A DNA stretch of 64,000 bases. It comes from the human T2T-CHM13v2.0 reference genome, Homo sapiens. The translations under genes were made by a program, and so were the position numbers. Within the stretch, counting starts at the first letter, position 1. Every line of letters begins with the position of its first letter. Positions 53,556-64,000 of this stretch are shown in pieces. The stretch lies in NCBI RefSeq assembly GCF_009914755.1, contig NC_060938.1; one strand, given 5' to 3'. The notes under the pieces were generated by a model, which searched no databases, was not told the DNA's origin, and was given only the letters and a program-made list of their open reading frames with translations.

Positions 53556-54266
<711 letters not shown>

Positions 54267-54372
54267 CTACATAATTTGATGGATATTATAAAAACTGAAG
54301 GAGATTATGTGTTCAAAGAAGGTCAATAGTTCTCCACCTTAATTGCACATTAGATTCACCTGGGGAACTTTT

Positions 54373-55915
<1,543 letters not shown>

Positions 55916-56258
55916 CACCTGGGGAACTTTTAAAATTCTGAGTGTCCAAGATATACCTCAGGCCACTTCAATCAGGATCTCTGAAAATAGGATCCAGGCA
56001 TCAGTTTTTTTGTTTTGTTTTGTTTTGTTTCTTTTTCTGAGATGGAGTCTTGCTCCACTGACCAGGCTGGAGTGCAATGACACAGTCTTGGCCCACTGCA
56101 ACCTCCACCTTCCAGGTACAAGTAATTCTCCTGCCACAGCCTTCTGAGTAGCTGGGACTACAGGTGTGTGCCACCACACCTGGCTAATTTTGTATTTTTA
56201 TTAGAGAGGGGGTTTACGCAATGTTGGCAAGACTGGTCTCAAACTTCTGACCTCGTGA

Positions 56259-56750
<492 letters not shown>

Positions 56751-56989
56751 TAGGACTACAGGTACTCACCAGCACACCTGGTTAATTTTTGTATGTTTTG
56801 TAGAGACGGGGATTTTGCTATGTTGCCCACGCTGGTCTTAAACTCTTGAGCTGAAGTGATTTGCCCAGCTTGACCTCCCAAAGTGTTGGGATTACAGGCA
56901 AGCCACTGTGCCTGGCCCATATTTTTTTCTTTAAATATTCTTTTAATCAGTATTAGCATTGAAAAATATTTGACTTTCTTTTTTTTTGA

Positions 56990-57145
<156 letters not shown>

Positions 57146-57405
57146 TAGTAGAGACGGGGTTTCTCCATGTTGGTCAGGATGGTCTCAAACTCCGGACCTC
57201 AGGTGATCTGCCCGCCTTGACCTCCCAAAGTGCTGGGATTATAGGCATGAGCCACCGTACCTGGCCAGACTTTCTACATTTAATGTATCTTTCATATAAT
57301 TTTAATTATATTTGAAAAACTTCGAATAATTGAATAATGTTGTTTCCCTGCTTCACTATCTCTTCCCATATCTGTGATAGCTCTTCCACTTCAAGAATGA
57401 AATCA

Positions 57406-57687
<282 letters not shown>

Positions 57688-57859
57688 TCAAAAAAAAAAA
57701 AAGAAAAAGCCGGGCATGTTGGCTAATGCCTGTAATCCCAGCACTTTGGGAGGCCGAGGCAGGTGGATCACCTGAGGTCAGGAGTTCAAGACCAGCTTGG
57801 TCAACATGGTGAAACCCCGTCTCTACTAAAAATACAAGAATTATCTGGGCGTGGTGTTA

Positions 57860-58024
<165 letters not shown>

Positions 58025-58147
58025 TCAACATTACATTCAGTGCCCTTCACAATATGCTGCCTTTCCATTCTTCCATTCTCATCTCTTGACATCACGCCCA
58101 TTGTCTCAGGCTTACTGGTTGTTGTCAGTCTGTAGACATAAGACATC

Positions 58148-58149
<2 letters not shown>

Positions 58150-58224
<75 letters not shown>
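58150..58224 (+). repeat. (TA)~22 followed by T~31 (AluY tail)
   Basis: direct reading. Confidence 0.93.
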
Positions 58225-58225
<1 letters not shown>

Positions 58226-58251
58226 AGACGGAGTCTTGCTCTGTCAACTAG

Positions 58252-58443
<192 letters not shown>

Positions 58444-58852
58444 TGAACCGCCTGCCTCGGCCTCCCAAAGTGCTGGGATTACAGGTGTGAGCCACTGCGC
58501 CCGGCGGCATCAGTACTTCTTAAAGAGCTCTAGGTCACCAATGTGTAGCCAAGGCTGAGAACCACTGACCTAGGTCAATATAATAATAATAACATATTGG
58601 CCTCAAATGATCTGCCTGCCTCTGCCTCCCAAAGTGCTGAGATTATGAGTGTGAGCCACTGCACCCAGCTTGTCTCTAATAAAACTTTAAAGAAAATCTT
58701 GCCAATGCCGTCTCGAAATTCAGTTACATCAATTATATCATCTCAATAACATTCGGGGAAGCTGGGTTAAGGGCATATAGAAAATTTTAGGCCAGGCACA
58801 GTGGCTCATGCCTGTAATCCCAGCACTTTGGGAGGCCAAGGCGAGTGGATCA

Positions 58853-59135
<283 letters not shown>

Positions 59136-59471
59136 TCAAAATAAAAAGTTAAATAAGAAGTAAGTTTAGCTTGAGATGACTAATTCTTAGTAATGCTGTC
59201 TTCTAAGAATCACTGCTTATTTTCTAAAGATTTCAAAAATGATTATTTAAAAATAAATTCTGGAATTTGGACAATTTGTTACATGATTCACTATATCTTA
59301 CCATGTCCCTTGGTAGTGAAGAAAAAAAAAATAATAGTTGTAAAATTCGTGTGCTTTATGTTTCTAGTTAGTTGTTCCATGGCTAAAAAAATCTTTCTAT
59401 AATATGCTCTTTGTAAACATCCTGTCCCTTTTATCTTAAGGAAAATTATTCTTGCCAATAAATAAAATATG

Positions 59472-59538
59472 TATTACTCTGCATAAACTTTACTTGTATA
59501 CATAATATTACTCTGCATAAACATACTTGGATACATAA
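59472..59538 (+). repeat. Two-copy ~34-bp tandem duplication
   Basis: TATTACTCTGCATAAACTTTACTTGTATACATAA / TATTACTCTGCATAAACATACTTGGATACATAA. Confidence 0.9.
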
Positions 59539-60080
59539 TAATTACTTTATAAGCCCAGTTAAAAGAAAAGTGGGATCTAATTTGTAAAAATGTATTCAAT
59601 AGAAAACTTTCAAGAACCCAGGGCCAGGCAAGATGGCTCACTCCTGTAATCCTAGCACTTTGGTAGGCTGAGGCAGGAGGGTGGATCACTTGAGCCCAGG
59701 AGTTAGCGACCAGCCTGGGCAAGGTAGAGAGACCCCATCTCTTTAAGAAAAATAAATTTTTATTTTTAATCTAAAGTTTTTTTTTTTTAAAGAAAACTTT
59801 CAAGAACCTAAATTCTGTAGATAATTATATTTTCTTATTATAGATTGCAAAATGTGCACATTAGGGGAAAAAGTTATATAATTGTTGTATGATTTTGAAA
59901 ACTGGGGCCAGGGGTGGCTCATGCCTGTAATCCCAGCACTGTGGGAGGCCACCGAGGTGGGTGGATTACCTGAGGTCAGGAGTTCGAGACCAGCCTGACC
60001 AACATGGTGAAACCCCATCTCTACTAAAAATACAAAATTAGCCGGGCGTGGTGGCCTATGCCTGTAATCCCAGCTACTCA

Positions 60081-60215
<135 letters not shown>

Positions 60216-60830
60216 TTAGAAATTCATGCAAAATTATTTATAGGTAAAATGATATGGTAATTAGGATTACTTCAAGGTCATTTGAGTGGACAGTGAGTAG
60301 AGTACAGATGAACACAATTGGCCATATACTGAGTAGATCCATTGAATATTAATAATGGGTATATTATAGTACATAATTATACTAGTGTTTATACTTTTTG
60401 TATGTAATGAAATTTTGTAATTTTTTTTAAATATGGGAGGACTAGGAGGATAAAGGAAGCAATACTGACACAGTATTTCTAGGCAATCTGAGAGAAATAT
60501 TTCTTAATAAACGTATCATTTAACCAAATTAGTATCTATGGAAAGGGAGACAGCTATAGTTATATGCTTACGCTTTTTAATTTTTTTATAATTAAAAAAT
60601 TTTTAATTACTTTTAAATAAGAGACAGGGTCTTGCTGTGTTGCCCAGGCTGGTCTCAAACACCTGGGCTCAAGCAGTCAGCCCACCTCAGCCTCTTAAAG
60701 TGCTAGGATTACAGGCATGAGCTACTGCATCCAGCTTACTGAAGCTTTATAAAACTTAAAATAGTTTAAGTAAATGTGTTCCTGTATTTACTTTGTTACA
60801 TAAAAAATTAAACAGGTACCATTATTCTAG

Positions 60831-61154
<324 letters not shown>

Positions 61155-61157
61155 TGA

Positions 61158-61259
<102 letters not shown>

Positions 61260-63854
61260 TAAAAGGAGATAATGTTACTATGTCCATTTTACAGATAGGG
61301 AAACCAAGACCTGCAGAGATTAATTTGTGTAAGATTACACATCTGGTAAATGACAGGGCAGATTTTGAATTAAAAAAGTCGGTGCAGAAGCTCCTAGCTG
61401 TCTCTCTAGGTTAAATGATTTTTTTTCCCTGATGACAAGAAGTAATACACCTTGAGGAATCAAGCCTATAGAAATTATAGTGATTGCAGAAAAAGAAATA
61501 TACCAGGATGTTTACTGTAGAATTTTTGTATTTGTTAAATATTGAAAACAGCCTATATGTCCTGTCAATGGCAGAGTGAACAAATAAAATATGAGACATT
61601 CATCTAATCTGTGAAGATGTTAAAAAGAAGACTGACTGGCTGGGCACGGTGGCTCACGCCTGTAATCCCAGAACTTTGGGAGGCTGAGTTGGGGGTGGTG
61701 CTGGGGTCGGGGGGAGCAGTGGATCACGAGGTCAGGAGTTTGCGACCAGCTAGTTCAAGACCAGCCTGGCCAACATGGTGAAACCCTGTCTCTACTAAAA
61801 ATACAAAAATTAGTTGGTGTGGGCCAGGCACGGTGGCTCATGCCTGTAATCCCAGCACTTTGGGAGGCCGAGGCAGGCGGATCACAAGGTCAGGAGTTCG
61901 AGACCAGCCTGACGAACATGGTGAAACCCTGTCTCTACTAAAAATACAAACATTAGCCGGGCATGGTAGTACGCGCCTATAATCCCAGCTACTCAGGAGA
62001 CTAAGGCAGGAGAATTGCTTGAACCCAGGAGGCGGAGGTTGCAGTGAGCCGAGATCTCACCATTGCACTCCAGCCTGGGTGACAGAGTGAGACTCCATCT
62101 CAAAAAAGAAAAAAAAAATTAGTCCGTGTGGTGGCATGCACCTGTTATCCTAGCTACTTGGGAGGCTGAGGCAGGAGAATTGCTTGAGCCTGAGGCAGAG
62201 GTTGCAGTGAGCCAAGATAGCACCACTACACTCTAGCCTGGGCCACAGAGCAAGACTGTCTCGGGAAAAAAAAGAAGACTGACTTAGAGAAATGACAAAT
62301 ATTTTAAACTGGAATAGAAAGTTGCAGAATCATGAACACATTAAGATCTCATTTTAAAAAAGTTAGGCCAAGCACGTGGTTCAAGCCTGTAATCCCAGCA
62401 CTTTGGGAGGGCAAGGCAGGTGGATCACTTGAGGTTAGGAGTTTGAGACCAGCTTGGCCAACATGGTGAAACGTTGTCTCTACCAAAAATACAAAATTAG
62501 CCGAGCATGGTGGCAGGTGCCTGTAATCCCAGTTACTCAGGAGGCTGAGGCAGGAGAATTGCTTGAACCTGGGAGGTGGAGGTTGCGGTGAGCCAAAATG
62601 GTGTCACTGCACTCCAGCCTGGGTGACAGAGTGAGACTTTGTCTCATAAAGAAGAAAAAAAAAAAGAACATGCATCAAACTATTAAGTGATTATCTCTGA
62701 AAGGCAGATTGGAAGAAAGGGAGAGGACTTTGATCTTTTTTAAATATTCCTCTTTAGTGTTTGAATTCTTTTACAATCATTTTTGCAATAAAAACAAATT
62801 TAATGGAGCCAGGTATGGTGGCACATGACTGTAGTTCCAGCTACTCTAGAGGCTGAGGCAGGAGGATCGCTTCAGCCCAAGAGTTCAAGGTTACAGTGAG
62901 CTATGATCATGCTATGCACTCAAGCCTGGACAACAGAGTGAGACCCTATCTCTAGAAAAAAAAAATAGTGTAATGCATACAGAGAGTGGAAAAATTGGAA
63001 AATTCACAAAAGAAAAAAGAAAGAAAACAATAATCACCTTCCATTTTAAGATTATTATTATTAACATTTTGATAACATTTCTATGGTCTTTTTTCTAGAC
63101 ATATATATAAAAATATAAAATATATTTAACAGACTGATCATATTGTTAAACAATATGAAGTTAAACAAGTCTTAAGCCTTTTTCTTGGACATTTTATATC
63201 AACAAAGTGCAAAATTCATCTATCCATAACCATCCAAATGTATCTGTTATTCAACAAGTTGTTTTATCCCTTTTATCAGCTAACTAAAGAAGCCTGAGAG
63301 CTGGGCTTTTTTAGCTGAGCCAGGAAAAGTAGCTGCTTTATTTCAGCCATGAGGATTACACGTCTATGCTCCGAGAGCCCCCGTCTGCAGAAGCAGAGTT
63401 AAAGCAGTGAGCAGTTATCCAGCAAAGCTGCTTAGGAAAAAAAAAATCCATCTAGGTCATTCAAAATCCAAATTATCTTTTACTTCCCTGGAGGTCATTT
63501 GCCATACATTACCTGAACACTTGTCTATAAAACCAAGGTGGATAAATTAGAATTTTTCTAATTTATCCTGAGATAAATTAGAGCCTGGGGAATAGTATTA
63601 TATTTACTAGGTAAATATCAATGTCTTGATAACACCTGAAGTCTATATATACCTATTATTAATGTGGGCATGTGGATGTGCTGAGGTGAAAATTTTACAG
63701 ATTAAGGCAGGGTGCTTCACGACCAAGGAAATTAGCCACCAAACTTTCAAGGAACTATCTAAACTAATTTTTCTTTGAAAATTATCCCGAAATTTCTTTA
63801 AGTTTATATTCAGTTTTCTAATAGGTACATGATATATAGATAAATACACTTTTA

Positions 63855-64000
63855 ATAAGTGCTTTATTGAAATATAACTCACATTACATGAAGTTTATAC
63901 TTTGAAAGTATACATTCCAGGGGTTTTTAGTATATTAGCAAACTTGTGCATCAGTAACCACTATGAAATTCTAGGACATTTTCATCACCCTACAAAAAAA
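63855..64000 (-). mobile_element. L1M 3' end (runs off the window)
   Basis: GCTTTATTGAAATATAACTCAC...TTTTTAGTATATT...ACATTTTCATCACCC is the reverse complement of a typical L1MB/MA 3' terminus. Confidence 0.7.

Overview
Primate, almost certainly human, genomic DNA that is very Alu-rich. It contains the 5' part of the E3 ubiquitin ligase gene HECTD1 on the minus strand: a CpG-island promoter with a non-coding first exon (about 46640-48260, boundaries unresolved) and nine coding exons. I traced these with GT-AG sites in one continuous frame from the ATG at 45775 down to 8142, giving 540 codons plus 2 nt (ARM-like N-terminus and ankyrin repeats). The gene continues beyond the left edge. Exon numbers assume a single non-coding exon 1. 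The rest is intronic or upstream repeat: roughly 90 Alus by eye, L1PA/L1M, L2, MIR, Charlie1, MER5/MER33, an MLT1 LTR and microsatellites. Nearly all ORF-track entries are Alu or L1 artefacts. I found no established novel system. The best leads are: (i) exons 3-10 form a 1482-nt phase-2/phase-2 block between long introns with inverted Alus, so a back-spliced circle would be a stop-free endless ORF; (ii) a strong-Kozak Arg-rich uORF, plus two short uORFs whose inclusion depends on splice acceptor choice; (iii) a perfect 34-bp inverted repeat just upstream of the promoter; (iv) several template-switch and inverted-Alu-collapse scars; (v) a near-pristine AluYa5-like insertion. Repeat boundaries and subfamily calls were made by eye and are approximate.
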